Shown here one piece after another: positions 37,915 through 51,900 of a DNA stretch of 64,000 bases (its first letter is position 1; each line of letters starts with the position of its first letter). Origin of the DNA: Lama glama (taxonomy: Eukaryota). The position numbers were made by a program, and so were the translations under genes. The notes below the pieces were generated by a model that saw nothing but the letters and a program-made list of their open reading frames with translations, did not search any database and was not told the DNA's origin. The DNA is taken from NCBI GenBank assembly GCA_028534125.1, contig JAPYYK010000117.1, forward strand, positions 558,001 through 622,000, given 5' to 3'.

Positions 37915-40884
37915 TTCTCGTCAATCTGCTAAACCAGCACCTTTCTTATTCACTGTCTTCATTACTTAGTATTATAATAACGAGATTAAAAAAAAAAAAT
38001 CTGAGTGCGCCTCCCACTTGAATTTCCTCCTGTGAGGGCTGATAAAATGTTAAGGATCATTGGAAGAACTATAGAGGAAATATGTGCTGCCTTAACTTAT
38101 AGTCATCTGACGTTTCTTCATTAAAACACTGCAATAAAAAATAAGAATTAAAAAAGAAAAGTTTTGGAGTGTATGTATGACATTCCAAAATGGAGGAAAA
38201 TGACAAGTTTGAATTGCAGTGAAAAGCGAAAGGAGTGGGTGGGATTATGGAGAAGAGAAAAACAGTAAAACAAGGACATGTGCAGAAGCATCGTTTCTCA
38301 TACAGCCTGGTTCTGATCCTCCATTTCCAGCGCCTGAGGCACTCAACTCGGAGACAAGCACTGAGACCCTCAAGTTCACCTGCTGTTGAGAACAACAGTC
38401 TATTTTAAAAGCAGTTCCTTTTGAAGAAAATTCTTTAGAAGTAATTTTTTTTAGTTTTAGCCTTTAGTAGTGTCAAAACTAGCGTTTGCAAAAGCCTCTA
38501 GCAATAAATAAATGAGATTAACAAACCAAAGCTAAAAGAAGTGCACAGAAATTTTCCAAACGTGAACAGCAGTTTTCTTTTCTTACCATAAATATTGTAT
38601 TGGCAGAGACATACTTGGCATCCAGTCATCTTTGTCCACTGTCCACCTCACTTTTGAGTTTCCTTTTGGCAAAGGTACTTGCTGAAGAATTGAGTCCCGC
38701 AGACCTCAGATCCATCAACTGATGGTGAAATTCTTGAAAATGACTCATACATCTTTAAATTCCACTGTGTGAGACCTTATGTCCTCGTGTGCTATTGTTT
38801 CATTAGATCCACTTTTGGTCACTTGTGAGCAGACAATTGGTGAATCATCCAGAGTTCACAAGAACTGTAGCTCCTGAGTTCACTTTTAACATGTCCAAGT
38901 TAATCAGAGCAGTTATGCTGAAGGAACCAACTGATGTATGTATATGAGTGCATTTGAGAATAGAGTGTGTGTCTTTGAGTAATTGGATGTCTATGTATTA
39001 CAAGGCCAAACATTCTGAAATCTTTTAATTCATTTTTCCACCCGGCAGAAATAAAAGGAGGTTAAGAGACTAGGTCAGGGCTCTACTTGATTAACAATTG
39101 ATAGAGGATTGGAACTGGTGCCTTGCTATATACAATGTGCCTATTGTATATTCCAGGCACCATTCACTTGAGTGGTCTTCAATTCATTTATAAAGTATTA
39201 CTATTGAAGTCAAAATCAGTTATTGTGTTTTATATTCAGTGATTTACTAAGTGAGTGAGCCATTTGAATAAATTTAAGGGAAGCCCCCAAGAAGCCCGTT
39301 ATTGAGATGAGTTGAATATGATATGCATTCATAAGCACATATTAATATATGTGATTCAAAAGTACCATGTTCAAGGGAGAAAAAGTGTCTTATTTAGGCA
39401 TCCCAAGCCTGTATGATCTGATTGAATTACTTTACTTAAATTAGGGCCCAAGAGAAATACAACTGTATTTCCCTGTATTATCTGTCCCTAAAAGACACTC
39501 TTATTCAAGGGGAAATTTTCTAACAAACTGAAGATAAAATATTACCTTTGGAGTCCTTTTCTTCCATGTGCCCTATTCCTGAGAGTAGCAGATAATAAAT
39601 AAGGTATTAGGCTAGATTTTCAGTTTAAATTTAATTTTGAGTCCTGCAGTGGAGTCAGCTGTGACATTCAGACATAGTTTTGCAGGTGCAGAGAGAGTGA
39701 TTTAGCTCTGCAGTGTGACTAATTGCTAGTAATTGCCTATAGGAAGGGAGGTGGGAAGGCTTATCTCCAAATCCTCCCCATCATATTTTGTGCAGGGGCC
39801 TTGGCAACACAGGACAGCAGCAGGGAGCAGTATAGCCATTGAGAAACTGCCTGCAAGCGAGCAATATACCAAATAGGTGGGTCTCAGTTTAAAGAGAAGC
39901 TTCATATAAAGTGAATTTATGATATAAATAGAAGACTATGAAAATATGCTCTTTTAAATAATGTTTTATTTTTATTTCTGATTAACCTTTATTTGTAATT
40001 GGCTCTTAGCAGAACAGTGATTTCCCACCTCATCTCTAACTTATTTCCTCTTTCCAAAGGCTGATGTGCTATGAACTAGAACTTAATATGCCTTTTAAAG
40101 AAATATTAGGGAATTTGCCTATGTAGGAAAAGAAAAATCTATTGATAGTGAAATTACATATTGAAGTAAGTTCTGTAAGATAAAAATTTAGTGTATCTTT
40201 AAGTCAGATCTTTCTGCAACCTTGTGAAAGGGTACAGTTCCTCTGTCATTTTTCATGATTATTACCATTATTTTTGCTTCTGTCTCTAACTTTTGTTAAA
40301 TCTAACTCAAGATCCAGAATGAAATTCATCAACTAGTTGCCTTTTTACAATCATCTGGAACTGCAAAACCCTAACCAAAAAAAATACACAGTACCTTATG
40401 GACCATTAAGATTTAAGCAGATATAACCCAAGAGATATAATGGATTGTTTCTAAGTATAGGATGAAGAAAATCCATGCCTTAGCTAATATTGAGGATTAT
40501 CTGGCTATCTACAAATCATCTTGCTGAATTTCAAGACATTGTTTTGAACAGAAGCAGAATTGCAAGACTTTTTTGGTTTGTTTTCTCTAATTTTTTTTAT
40601 CTCACATCTCTTAAATAATGAATTACCATAAACTTGTCATTTACTTGAAACCGCCTCCCCCTCCCCGTCCTCCAACACATAGGGATACTTTATCTTAGAA
40701 GTTTTATGGATTGGTCCAAAAAGGAAATGCATCTATAATTTAGGGCCTTAGTAATATCTAGCTTGGTTAGTTTCATTCTATTACATGGACTTTAAACTAC
40801 TTGGGTAGTTTAAATAGTGTCATCTAAATAGTAATTTATCCACTACTCCTGTTCCTGTGATAGGTAAGATTCAGAAGCTTACTT

Positions 40885-41422
40885 CTAGGTGTTATAAGAC
40901 AGGAGAAACAGCCTGTGGGAACACACACACACACACACACACACGCATACACACAGACACAGAGAGGAAGAGAGAGGGAGGAAGATTTGTTTTGACAAAT
41001 AGACTGATGTGATTTTAAGGGCTGAAAAATCCCACATTCTGCTGTCTCCAAACTGGAGACCCAGGAAAGCCAGTGGTGTAATTCAGTCGGAAGGCCTGAG
41101 GACCAGGGGAGCAGATGGTCTCAATCACAGTCCAGGCTGGAAGAGATGAGATGAGGTGAAGTGACCCTACTCAAGCCGGCAGGCAGGAACCAAGAGTGGT
41201 GAATCCCTCCTTTTTCTGCCTTTTTGTTTTATCAGGGCCTCCAGGAGGGTCTTGAGTGAGCTCACCCACACTAGTGAGGGCCCTCTTCTTTACTCAGTCT
41301 CCCGATTCGAATGCTAACCTCTTCCAAAAACACCCTCACAGACACACTCACAAATAATGCTTTACCAGCTCTCTGAGCCTGCCTTCTTCCAGTCAAATTG
41401 ATACCTAGCATAAACCATCCCA
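40885..41422 (-). mobile_element. ERVL LTR, MLT2B/C-like, with internal (CA)n
   Basis: CTGGAGACCCAGGAAAGCCAGTGGTGTAATTCAGTC..GAAGGCCTGAG..CTTTACTCAGTCTCCCGATTCGAATGCTAACCTCTTCCAAAAACACCCTCACAGACACAC..CAGTCAAATTGATACCTAGCATAAACCATCCCA. Confidence 0.88.
40921..40962. repeat. (CA)n microsatellite inside the MLT2 LTR
   Basis: About 12 perfect AC units followed by interrupted units. Confidence 0.95.
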
Positions 41423-42699
41423 GTGTGACTGATATGCTTGTTAAATTACCATTTTTGAAATGGTTAAGGAGAGTGCACTTGTTTCTTTTTTCCAGGTTTA
41501 ATTCCCAGCTAGGTATCTGCCCTTTGAAGAAACATATCCTCGAGGGGAGGAAACACTTCTGACTCTTTTTAATAAAATACTTAAGAGAAGTAATTTATAC
41601 AGTAGTAAGAGCTTCCTTTCGGAAAAGTAATTTGCTTAGGAGAATTCTGTAAGAGGGGGATAGTTTTGAAGGAAGACATTGCAGGAAACAGTTGCTTTTG
41701 AACAAATTGCCTCTTAAGTATAATTGATGTTGGTTCCATTCTGGTTCCTAGGGACCTATGCAGCACTGAGTTGAAAGTGATGCAGGACATGAATGGTGTG
41801 GACTTGTTTGTCAGGCAGGGCCTCTGGCTTCTTGCAGGACAATTGAGTTGCCTTCTCATCTTTCTCCCACACTTACTCACCCACCCTTTTCTCTTTCAGT
41901 GGTTTTCTCTCCCATTAAACCAGGAGGGTGACTCGCCCCCTAGCATCTTAGCATGAGTTCTTAAGGGCATGCAGCCTCTTTTAAAGTCTGTATTGTGTTT
42001 CTACAGCAAAGAAGACACATCACTGAAAAATCGAAATAGTTCAGTAAGAGAGACTATTTCTGTCCTTTTGAGATCATTCCTAAGTAATTTCAGACATAGA
42101 TCACTGAGCTCAGTCTTAAATATGTATTTAAGTGTTCACCTGATCCACTCAAGGAGGCTGGGCTCTGGCCTGCGGGAAGACCTGTGTTCTGCTTAGGGAC
42201 CAGCATCTCAGACCCGTTCATCTGTTGGAGGGACAATAATCCGTGGCTGCTCACCCTGGGGTGTGGTTCCATGTGGTGGTTTTTTCTCTTCCTTTAGTTA
42301 AGCAGTCAATTTCAATTTCACTAACCAGTTTAATTTATGTATAAGTTGATTCATTTGTAGTTTATCTTATTTCCTTCTGGGCTTTAGGCAATGAAGGGCC
42401 AAATTGATTTACATAGCTTATCCGATAAACATGTGTGATTAAGTTTGAATATCATTTCCTCAGGAAACTCTTTTTAGTCTCTTCCAGGATAGCTCTAATC
42501 ACCTTATTTTATACTCCAGTAGAACCATTTATCCCTCCTTCAAGCCCTTGTAATTTTATACATATTTGTATGCTTGCTTTTTTGGGGGGGAGGAGGCGGG
42601 GGGGTCAAGTATTTTTCAGATGACTACTTTATATCAGGTACCATTACCTCAGTGAGTATACTCTCTGAGTAAAATGGATAAAAACCACTGTATCGTGCA

Positions 42700-43195
42700 G
42701 CATATATTCTAGTACGAAAGATGCAGACTTAAGCAATGTGCATTATAATATTCGATAATGAGAAAGGCTATGAAGATAAAATAAAGCGGAGTAAGCTGGG
42801 GGCCTGGCCTAGGAAGAGGAGCTGTGGCAAGATTAGCTAGGCTGGTTAAGAAAGGCCTCTCTGAGCAGATGAGGTCGGTGGAGCCAAGAACTGAGTGACA
42901 AGCAGCTGTCCACCCTGGGAAGGTCAGTGGGAAGAGTTCTTCAGCAGGAAGGGGTTCCCCTGAGCGGGGGCGCTCAGTGACTCTGCTGGAGGAAGAGGAA
43001 GAAGGCCCTGACACTGGGTTTGGGGAATGAGGGAAAGTGGTGGAAATAGAAACTGTGAAGAATGACAGAGGACGGACCCCATCAGCCTTGTTGGTCAACA
43101 TCCCTTCACCTTTTGGTTTGTACGTTCAGTGGAAAATCATGGTAGGATTTTACATCGCATCTCATTAGTCAGACCATGCCTGCTGTGTGAGCATG
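42700..43195 (-). mobile_element. L2a-like fragment
   Basis: GCTATGAAGATAAAATAAAGC..GGTTAAGAAAGGCCTCTCTGAGCAGATGAG..GGGAAGAGTTCTTCAGCAGGAAGG. Confidence 0.65.
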
Positions 43196-44559
43196 ATCAG
43201 CGGTGACCGCTTCAGCCATGATGCCTAGCGCTTAGTAAATGTTGGATGGACAGATGCCTGCGCAGACCAGTGAACGAATGGCTCTGCAACGCTGCTGCTC
43301 TTTTTAAGTGAGCCTATTTGAAAACGTCTTTTTGCTAGTTCGTTTTGCTTTGCGTTTCTAATATCAGAGTTCTGTATATCGCTAGTTGGTGTTGCATTTG
43401 GATCCTTCTATAAAAGCAAGTTTAAAATGTATTACATCCAGATAATTAGAATTTTCTCTGCCTCATGCCTTGAATGCTACACCCTTTTTCCTCATCTGCC
43501 TAGGTTAAAAAATTCTGATTGGCCTGAGATCTTGAATGTGATTGTCCACTTAAGCTTACTTGTATTTCCATCTGATAACTAATCCCAAAGGATAATGTTA
43601 AGCCAGATTCTCTAGCTCAAAGATCAGAGGATCAGACATGAACTCTCCTAAAACAATGGGATAGGATAGACAGAATGATCACAACCTGGTTAATCCCCCT
43701 TCAGCAGGACTCTGGAGCCCAGTATATGCTTGTGGGCTTGGTGACAGCCTCCTTGCCGGGCAGAGGAGACCTGAGCATCCTTGCAAATCCTCTTTAACAA
43801 GGGGGTCCCATCAAATCCAGGGGCTCCTACTTGAAAGTATAAAAATGACAGCCATTTGTGGTACTTGATCAGTCTGGAAAAAAAGAAGCAAAATCAAGGA
43901 CATTATGAGAGTATCATTTAACAAATCTTTCCCATGATTGTCTACACATGAGAAACTGAGATTTTAAAAAAGTGAAAATTGGAACTTTTTTCTAACTTCT
44001 AAGAGATGTTTAATTTGTAGCATTGAAGTATCTTGGAAAACTGTGTGATTTATAGATACTAAATTTAGATTTTAAAAAGTAAGAGTTATGACCAATTTCT
44101 ATATCAGGTCCATATACATGCTAATATGCTCAAATGAAATGATACAGTGGTGGAACACAGCAAAAGTTGTATCTAGGTAACCCTCCTTTAAAAATAATAC
44201 TTATATCTATAGTTTATTTTTGCCAGAAGATATCAGTGTGATGCCTGATTTTTTTGTTTTTGTTTTTGTCTTTTACATAGCTAAGCAAGCGGTCTGTTCT
44301 TAGGTTTTATAATTCTCCTTTTCTTGAATTATTTCCTGAAAGTAATCATAGAATTTTCAAATACAAGCTCAAAGAAAGACTTGGAAATTGTGGCTAGATT
44401 CTTCATAAAACTACTGATACTAATACTAATGTAATTTTTGTTTGCTTTTTTTTTTTTTTTGCATAATTCTAACACTTAACCTCTGTTCCTTGATCCTGTT
44501 CATCCTAAAGCCAGCACCCTTTTCCTGCTATGTGTTTTCCGGGCAGCATATTTGACTGG

Positions 44560-44800
44560 AGCTTCCCTCTCCACCACTTCCTCCTTTATTCATACTCAGG
44601 GATGTCCCAAATATCAGCTCAAGGCTTTGCACAAAAATTGGGGTTGCCCATGTTGTTTGGATGTCTCTCCGTCCTCTGCTTGTACAATTCTTGACTATAG
44701 CTGGCTCGTTCTGATTTCTCTGGCACCCAGCAGAGACCCTACTATGTAGGACTCACTCAACTAGCTGTTTAGTGACCGGATAAGGTAGATAAATGAATGA
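44560..44800 (+). mobile_element. L2 3' end
   Basis: TCTCTGGCACCCAGCAGAGACCCTACTATGTAGGACTCACTCAAC..AAATGAATGAA. Confidence 0.55.
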
Positions 44801-45749
44801 AAATTTTACTCCTCTTTTTATTTTCACTGAGTTCTTAAATCCATAATTCTCTAATCTGCCAGCTGTGCTTGGTGATCCAAATCTCAAAATGCCCTGTGAC
44901 CTTGAAGACACCATAGGAACGGGTGGCATTAGCTCGAGAAGGGGGAGACATTTTTTTTAGTACAAGGTCTTTTGTCCTGTGCATTTTCACATTTTAGAGA
45001 GAGAACAGATCCTTTTTTCTGCTGTGCACACTCCTGTTTTTACTAGTGTACAAACCTAGACTGCCGTACACATGCTACAAGGAGCCATGCCGCACTGGTG
45101 AGAAGATAAACCAATGTGATGTCAATGTGACTTGAATGCAGGATCTGTTTTTCTCCCCTGTAGCCTCCAGGGCTTTAGAGGATTTTTTTTTTTTTTTTTG
45201 GTCCCCGCTGTCCCATTCAACTGGCATCTTTCTTAAAGGGCTGGTTTTATTCATACCAATTATTTTCTCATTCTCTCCCTGATTCCTTTCACTCAAATTC
45301 AGTAAACTCTCATCTTCCAGTACAGTATCCTGTAGCCCATTCATACCTTCCCCCTCGGCCCTTGAATTAAATTCAGAATCTGATTTGGGGCTTGTCTCTC
45401 TGAGTGTAAAACACCGCCTGCTATAAATAAACACACCGAGTTTACTTTGGGATGGTACTTAGATGAGTCACATCAGCTTGTTTTGCTTCATACTATCAGC
45501 ATCTTGTGGCTTGAGTGCTCATCGTATTTTTCGCTCTGAAAATGACAGCGCTACACACATCTTGAACTGCGAGGGCAGGTTGAGGGAGCTCTCCTTGTAA
45601 TTTTCAGAGAGCCAAGTTTAGCGTAGTCTAATGAAAGAAATACCATCTTTCTTTCCTTTCATTCTAATTTCCTTAATTTCTAAGGTCATAGGTTAGACTG
45701 TTGTATCATAGACAAGGAAGGACTTACCAGGGGAGGACCACCAACAGCA

Positions 45750-45900
45750 ACAAAAGCAGTTCTGTCCTGGTTCTAGATGGACTCCTGAGCCTCAGAGAAG
45801 GCAATGGCTTGCCCTCAGTCACCAAGCAAACAGGAGACAGAATTGGGGTTTGAATCCAGGCACTTAGATGCTGAGTCACATGCGTCCACCCTTTGTGAGT
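45750..45900 (-). mobile_element. MIR fragment
   Basis: CTGAGCCTCAGAGAAGGCAATGGCTTGCCCTCAGTCACC..GGGTTTGAATCCAGGC. Confidence 0.65.
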
Positions 45901-46169
45901 CTCCATCACTTGACTTAAGCTGGGGTAAGCGCTCCGTTTACCCCTAGTTTAGGCCTGGGTGGACAGCTCTCCATGAGGAAATCTGCAGAAGAGCAGTTCT
46001 TAGCAATGTTGCTAACATTCATAAATCCTCTGGGGGGGCGTCGACATTTGTAAATTGTTCACAATGATCTAGCAACTAGTTTCAGAATGAAAGGATTTCT
46101 TTCTGTTCTTGGAAATGTGGGGACTCCTCTAAAAATTCCAGGTCGAGAAAAGTCCTGTTTCAGTATCAG

Positions 46170-46520
46170 TCACACTCATGTGTATTTGAGTTCTTACTAT
46201 GTGCTGATTTCAACGTAGGCTTTATCTCTAGTAGCTCATTCAAGCATCATCACAACCCATTAAATGTAGCTAATACTAACACCAGTTTGCAAATGAGGCG
46301 TCCCTGAGAGGTTAAGACACTTGTCCAAGGTCACACAGCCAGTGAGTAAAAGACTAGCTTCAGAGCCTCAGCCGTAAAGTGTTATAACTGCTGCAATGCT
46401 GAGGTTCAGGGGAGTTAAGTATTGAGCCCAAGGCCAGGTATCTCCTAAGGGCGGGCTTGAGATTTAGACCAGTTCTGCCTGATTCCTGAACCCAGTCCTT
46501 TTAACACCACTGCATACATG
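46170..46520 (-). mobile_element. MIR-derived sequence (two adjacent MIR pieces)
   Basis: GAGAGGTTAAGACACTTGTCCAAGGTCACACAGCCAGTGAGT, then a second CTGAGGTTCAGGGGAGTTAAGT..CCCAAGGCC..GATTTAGACCAG. Confidence 0.7.
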
Positions 46521-46834
46521 GGGAGGAACAGTTACCTTCTCTCAGCGTTTATTGCTGTTTGTTCTTTATTTGGAGAATTTGTCTTTCCCTTTCTAAACTG
46601 TACGTCTCTGGAAGGCAGAGACTTTGTCGTAGCAGAGATGGCATTTATAGCCCTTACTTCTCCAATTATTGTCAATGCAGTGTCACCGAGCCTTTGTCAA
46701 GCAACCTGGAGAAAGATCCTCAGTGAAAGAGGCCACCTGAAATCTTGGTATGTTTCTTGCTTATGGAAAATAACAGGTTATCATGTTGTCTTTGACTTGC
46801 CTAAGTTCATAAGAAAACTCTAGTGGTCATAGTA

Positions 46835-47140
46835 ATAATAAAAATGATAATAATAAAGAAAATAGTAACATAATTACTTAGTGCTTAAAATGTAACAAGG
46901 ATTATTCTAAGATTTTTGTATTCTCTTTCTATGCATATATACACAAGCAGTACATAGATATCATATGTATATTATATACATTTGTACATACTTGTTATTT
47001 ACTTTGATAAAAGAGAAAATTTAGGCAAGGAATTTCAATAACTTTCCCAAAATGACTTACGTCAGTAGGAAATGGATCCAGGATTCAAATTCAGGTTGGC
47101 TGGCTCAGATTACCCAGAACTCTAGTGTATTTTTTATTAC
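46835..47140 (-). mobile_element. MIR with AT-rich interruption
   Basis: TAATAATAA..TTAGTGCTTAAAATGT..AATAACTTTCCCAAAATGAC..CCAGGATTCAAATTCAGGT. Confidence 0.6.
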
Positions 47141-47779
47141 ATGGGCCCTTATGCATAATTATCATATGAAGAAGTCACTGCTAGTGTTTCATTTATAAGG
47201 AAATGCATAAGATACTAAAAACAATGGCAGATTCAGTTAAATGACTACATGTGCTATTCATGGCCGGCTTCTGTATCCGAAATGTTACTTAACTTGGAAG
47301 GGCTAGTGACATTAAAGAACATGTGGCAGCTTTATTAAAACACATATGAGAAGCTGGCTCCCCATAGTCAAGACAGTGAAGGCATACCACTGTCCCTGTG
47401 TGTGTACTGTGCGTCTGCTAGTCAGTAAACAGGAGGAAATAACTACTGCTGTAAAAGCCATGTATCTTTCTAAACAGGGCAATAATATTTGCAAAACAGT
47501 GGTGATGAGAACCTTGCTATTTGTTAAGTATGTAGGAATATTTGTTTGTATGTGTATTTACCTGTATTAAGTCTAAATGCATATGTATGTGTGGTTATCC
47601 AAAAATATGTAAGGAATTTAGATATTTATGCCTCTCAAAATTTTGTTTTAGGCTGTTTTACGTTTCAGATCATTACAGTGATGGTTTTTTGTTTAGAAGT
47701 AAGAGCATGGTGTGTTGTTCTCTTACCAACGTCTTGAACACCCTTGAAGCTTAAATTTGCAAAAACGTTGTCCCTTCAG

Positions 47780-48280
47780 TTTAGTTTTCTGTGCTGCTCC
47801 CGCCACTGTCTGAGTTTCAGACTCTGTAATTTATCTCCTGGACTAGTGTAATCACTTCCTGATTATTCTCCCTGCCTTTAATCTCTTGCTCCTAAAATTT
47901 ACTTCCTATACCAAGGCCTTTTTGTAACATACTCATGTTGTCGATGGTTCTTCATTGGTTCATAATGAAGCCCAAATTTTGTACTTTTGCTTATATAGTA
48001 AAAAAAATTCATAATTTATCTTTCAGTTCAAGAAAATATTGGTGGGGTTTCATACACTTGACGCAGTTGTCTTTACAGAGCTAACAGCCTTCTGTAATAA
48101 TGACTTTTACTTCCATTTGTCCCCCGGTCATGACATTACATGTCTCTACTTAACATTTATTTGCATATTAGTTGTTCTTAGGTGTAAGTTACCTACACCC
48201 CCTCCCCCATCCAAAGAGCCTCAGTGTATTGCTCTGAATATACTAGAAGCTAAGTACATGCCTGGTGGGTTGAAACGTTA
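47780..48280 (+). mobile_element. L2 fragment
   Basis: TCTCCTGGACTAGTGTAATCACTTCCTGATT..CTCCCTGCC..GATGGTTCTTCATTG..AAGCCCAAAT. Confidence 0.55.
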
Positions 48281-48714
48281 TTCACCAATCATAAATTTTG
48301 TCATATTCTAATTATCTAGTGTCTTTAAAAGTTAGTGTTACAATAAAGATTTAATAATTATTTTTCTATCAGTCATTTAGTCGATATCAGTGTAGCAGAA
48401 GTAGTAACTACTCAAATAGCCTAAAAAAATCAGTGTTCATGGTTAACTTCTCATATTTTAATGTATTTTATGTATATGAGACATTATTTTATGTGCTTAT
48501 TCGTTATCTATCTCTATTATTATAATGTAATATCCACAACCCCTTTTTTCTTTGTCTGTATCTCAAGGCCTACTAGAATATAAGAGAGATACTTCACTGT
48601 CATATATAGAGTAATATATTTATTTTGAAATATATAGTCATACATATATATGATTATCATATATTTATAATTTGTACACTCAAAAAATATATTTGAATTA
48701 ATTTATATGTTGGG

Positions 48715-48935
48715 TTTTGTCATATGTCCTTCAAATGCATTATCAATCCTTCAAAATCCAAATTAAGAGTCGATACTATTATTATCTTAATTTTAACAAT
48801 GAAGAGAGATAGGTTTGGTATAGGTAAGTGGCTTACTGAAGGATACTTAGCTCATGGAAGATAGAATCAAGACTTAGATCCAGGACTGTTTGAAACAAAA
48901 GCAAATGCCCTTAACCCCAGCAATATACTTCCTCC
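48715..48935 (-). mobile_element. MIR
   Basis: TACTATTATTATCTTAATTTTAACAATGAAGAG..AGGTAAGTGGCTTACTGAAGG..CCCTTAACCCC. Confidence 0.65.
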
Positions 48936-51900
48936 AAAATAATTGACTGAGAGAAAAATTTTCCTGAAAATGCAGGAAGAATTATGGCTCATGGGAGCAT
49001 GGGCACTGACAGTAAGATCATCAGATGGTCCTGTGGTCCTCTGGAGGGGGTGAGTATAGCCAGGCTCAGAGCAGGGAGCAGAGCCTACTGGTGAGATAGA
49101 AGCTCGGGGCTATGTAAGAGGAGTTACTCAGAAGTACAGGGCAGATAACACAGTGATCAGTAGATGGTGTCATTAATCAGAATCTGAATAACCAGAGAAC
49201 CATGAACCAGAACGTTGAGTTAAAATGGGTAAGTATATTCATCTCTCAGGAAGGGGAAAGATGAGTAAACAGGTAGAAGGGGAAATACACCAGGTCACTG
49301 GGGCACCATTCTCTCCCACTGGGAGGGGTAGGGAGATGTGTATAATGATAGGACTTCTCCAGTCGCAGGTTATAGAAACACAACTGAATTGGAAGGCTAT
49401 CTTCTTTATCTCTGGCATCTAAATTAAACACCAAAAGATCTCTGACATTCTGACCGGGGCATGGAGAACTGATGACTCTGGGTCATGAATCAGAGTTCCT
49501 ACACTGACCACCTCTCCTCTCACAGAGACATACAGAGATGGAAGTGACCCTTCTTTGCATGGATATTGGACAAACAACACACACATCTCTGCTTCCCATA
49601 GTTGTGGCAGCTGTATCACAGTTATCCACTTAGCAGATACCACCGAGCAGCAGCTCTGACAGGATATAGAATATATTACTTCCTCCATTAAGTCTGCTCT
49701 GGCAGTCCAGCAGCCCAGATGTGCTCATCTATTAACCGTCAGTGATCAAATCTAATTTGTGCTTGGTGTGCAGATTACACGAGAAGGTATATGAGAGCAT
49801 CATGTGACTGATGAAGTACCATGGGAGTGTAGGGTACCATTTTATCATCAGTACCAACCTGTGCAAAGCTGCCTTCCTGTCTCCCGAAGATTTTACTTTA
49901 AATTCCCAATCTATACCATGTTATTATTTTGTTTTTTCCCAAATATCACTCTAATTATCACTTCCAAACAAAAGATCACAGTTTTGAGAGAACACATGTT
50001 GCCTATATAATTCTCTGATCAGAGGTGATATTGGGAGTGAAGGAAAAACCTGAAACCTTTACACATTTCCCCAAGCTAGGGTGATGTTTGAGACATGTCA
50101 GATTTCAAAGAGGGAAAAATAATAGAGAAAGGCGTTGTTATTTTCAAAATCATTATTTGAAAAATGGTTTTATTGACGATGGCTGGGTAGATCCGTCTGT
50201 AGGGAGCAGTGATCAGGGAGTGAGCCTGCAGGAATGGATTCAGAGATCCCATTAGCAAGCCCAGAGACCAAGCAGATGGAGAAAAACTGTACACTGAGAT
50301 CTGAGATAAATGACGGACTGTAAGACCATGATATGTAGTCAAAAGAGGAAAAAAACAAAGAAAATACCTGACTCCTTAGAGAATGAATTGGGGGGGGAAA
50401 GGATTTGTTTCTAGGCACTTCCTCTATAATTCATTTAAAATAATACATATTTTCTTCATATATCAAGATAGCAGTCGGGTGTGTGTATGAGGGGTAGAGA
50501 GAAAAGATGTGTTTGCTTTTTTAAAAGTTGTGGAGGCAGTGTTGATTATTGATATGCACAGTAGAATGGTAGTTTGCTGACCAGTTTAACACAGTGATTT
50601 GGCATTGGCATTCCTTGGAGGTGTGAAGGTCTTGTCAGTCACACCCTGCCTCCTGTCTCAGCTCTCACCAGTTGAAAAGGGAACTAAACTGACAAGTACC
50701 ATTCAAGGCTTGATTAATGGAGGCTGAATAACTCCCAGTGTACAGGCTCTCTGCTAAAATGGAACCAGTGAGTTTGGCCTGGACCAAGGTCCTCTCTTTC
50801 CCACCTTTGAATTAAGGTAATCGTCCCAGGAAGGGTCTACCTTGACTTCACCCAAACCTGTTGCAGGCTCCGATGTTGAAGCAAGAGAGAAAAGACCCAG
50901 CTGCTTCTGTGTATGTGGTGGGTTGTCCTCTCTGCTTAGCATATGGCGGCTGGCCCAGCACACCGGTTGTTCAAGAGAGAGCACAGGATAGAGATTACAG
51001 AGACCTTCCTTTCCTGGCAGGGGCAAGTGAGGAAAGGTGGAGAGACGCCATGCTATGAACTCTGCCCCCCTACCCAAGGTGGGAAGGCTGTGCGATCCCT
51101 CTTACGTGGCCTGAGAGAAGAACGATGGATAAAAGGGAAGGCATTTGGTTTTCCCCTTCATGACGACTCAGTTTTATTTATGGGAATAGAGAAGACAGAT
51201 CCTTAAGTAAGGAAGTAAGAATGACCTTGAAACCAGGTATATTATTATTCAGGAAAGGATATAGTCTGAATTTAATTTTTATTAATGTAGATAATAGCTT
51301 GCATGGGCCTTATGGCGACATTACTAGCACTCTAAAATTTAATTAGATTTTTAGAGCTTCTGTTAATGTCTTTGGTAGGATTATACAATCTGGGGCATCA
51401 CCAGCAAGCTTCATATGTTTTATTTTCATGATGATTTGAAATAAGCAGAAATGAGGTATTCTGCATATAAAAACAGTTTTGACATTAGGGTCTCTATTTA
51501 AAATTAACCCCAGAGGGTTGAAGTCAGTAGGCTTCCTTTAATCAAACTATTTATGTGTATTTCTGTATCTCTCTTAAATATATTTATTCTATACTAATTT
51601 TCTACTTTCATCAATGTTGATTCGGACGTAATTATAACCACAATTATTAGTTGACTGTAACCATGTAAATGTATATAGTCTCACAATGATTGTAAAATAA
51701 CCCATTTTGATGCAGCATGTTTTCTTTTGTGTACATGTTTTCCTGAGTTTTTTTGTTATGATGAAATATTCTATTTTGTTTTTTTATTACTGAATCATGA
51801 TTATATATGTAACATGCCTTCCCAGCTCCAGTAAGTCCTTTAAATTAATAGACAAATCTGTTCACTTTTTAGAGTCACTGCAGCAGTGTGCTACATAATT

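Noticed and set aside
38586-38685. Possible - strand exon (TTCTTCAG..TTATG|GTAAGA; one open frame QVPLPKGNSK..)
   Set aside because: Short pyrimidine tract, unrecognised peptide, opposite to the inferred host strand, and within chance expectation.
48590-48710. TA-rich low-complexity stretch
   Set aside because: Degenerate (TA)n with no further structure.
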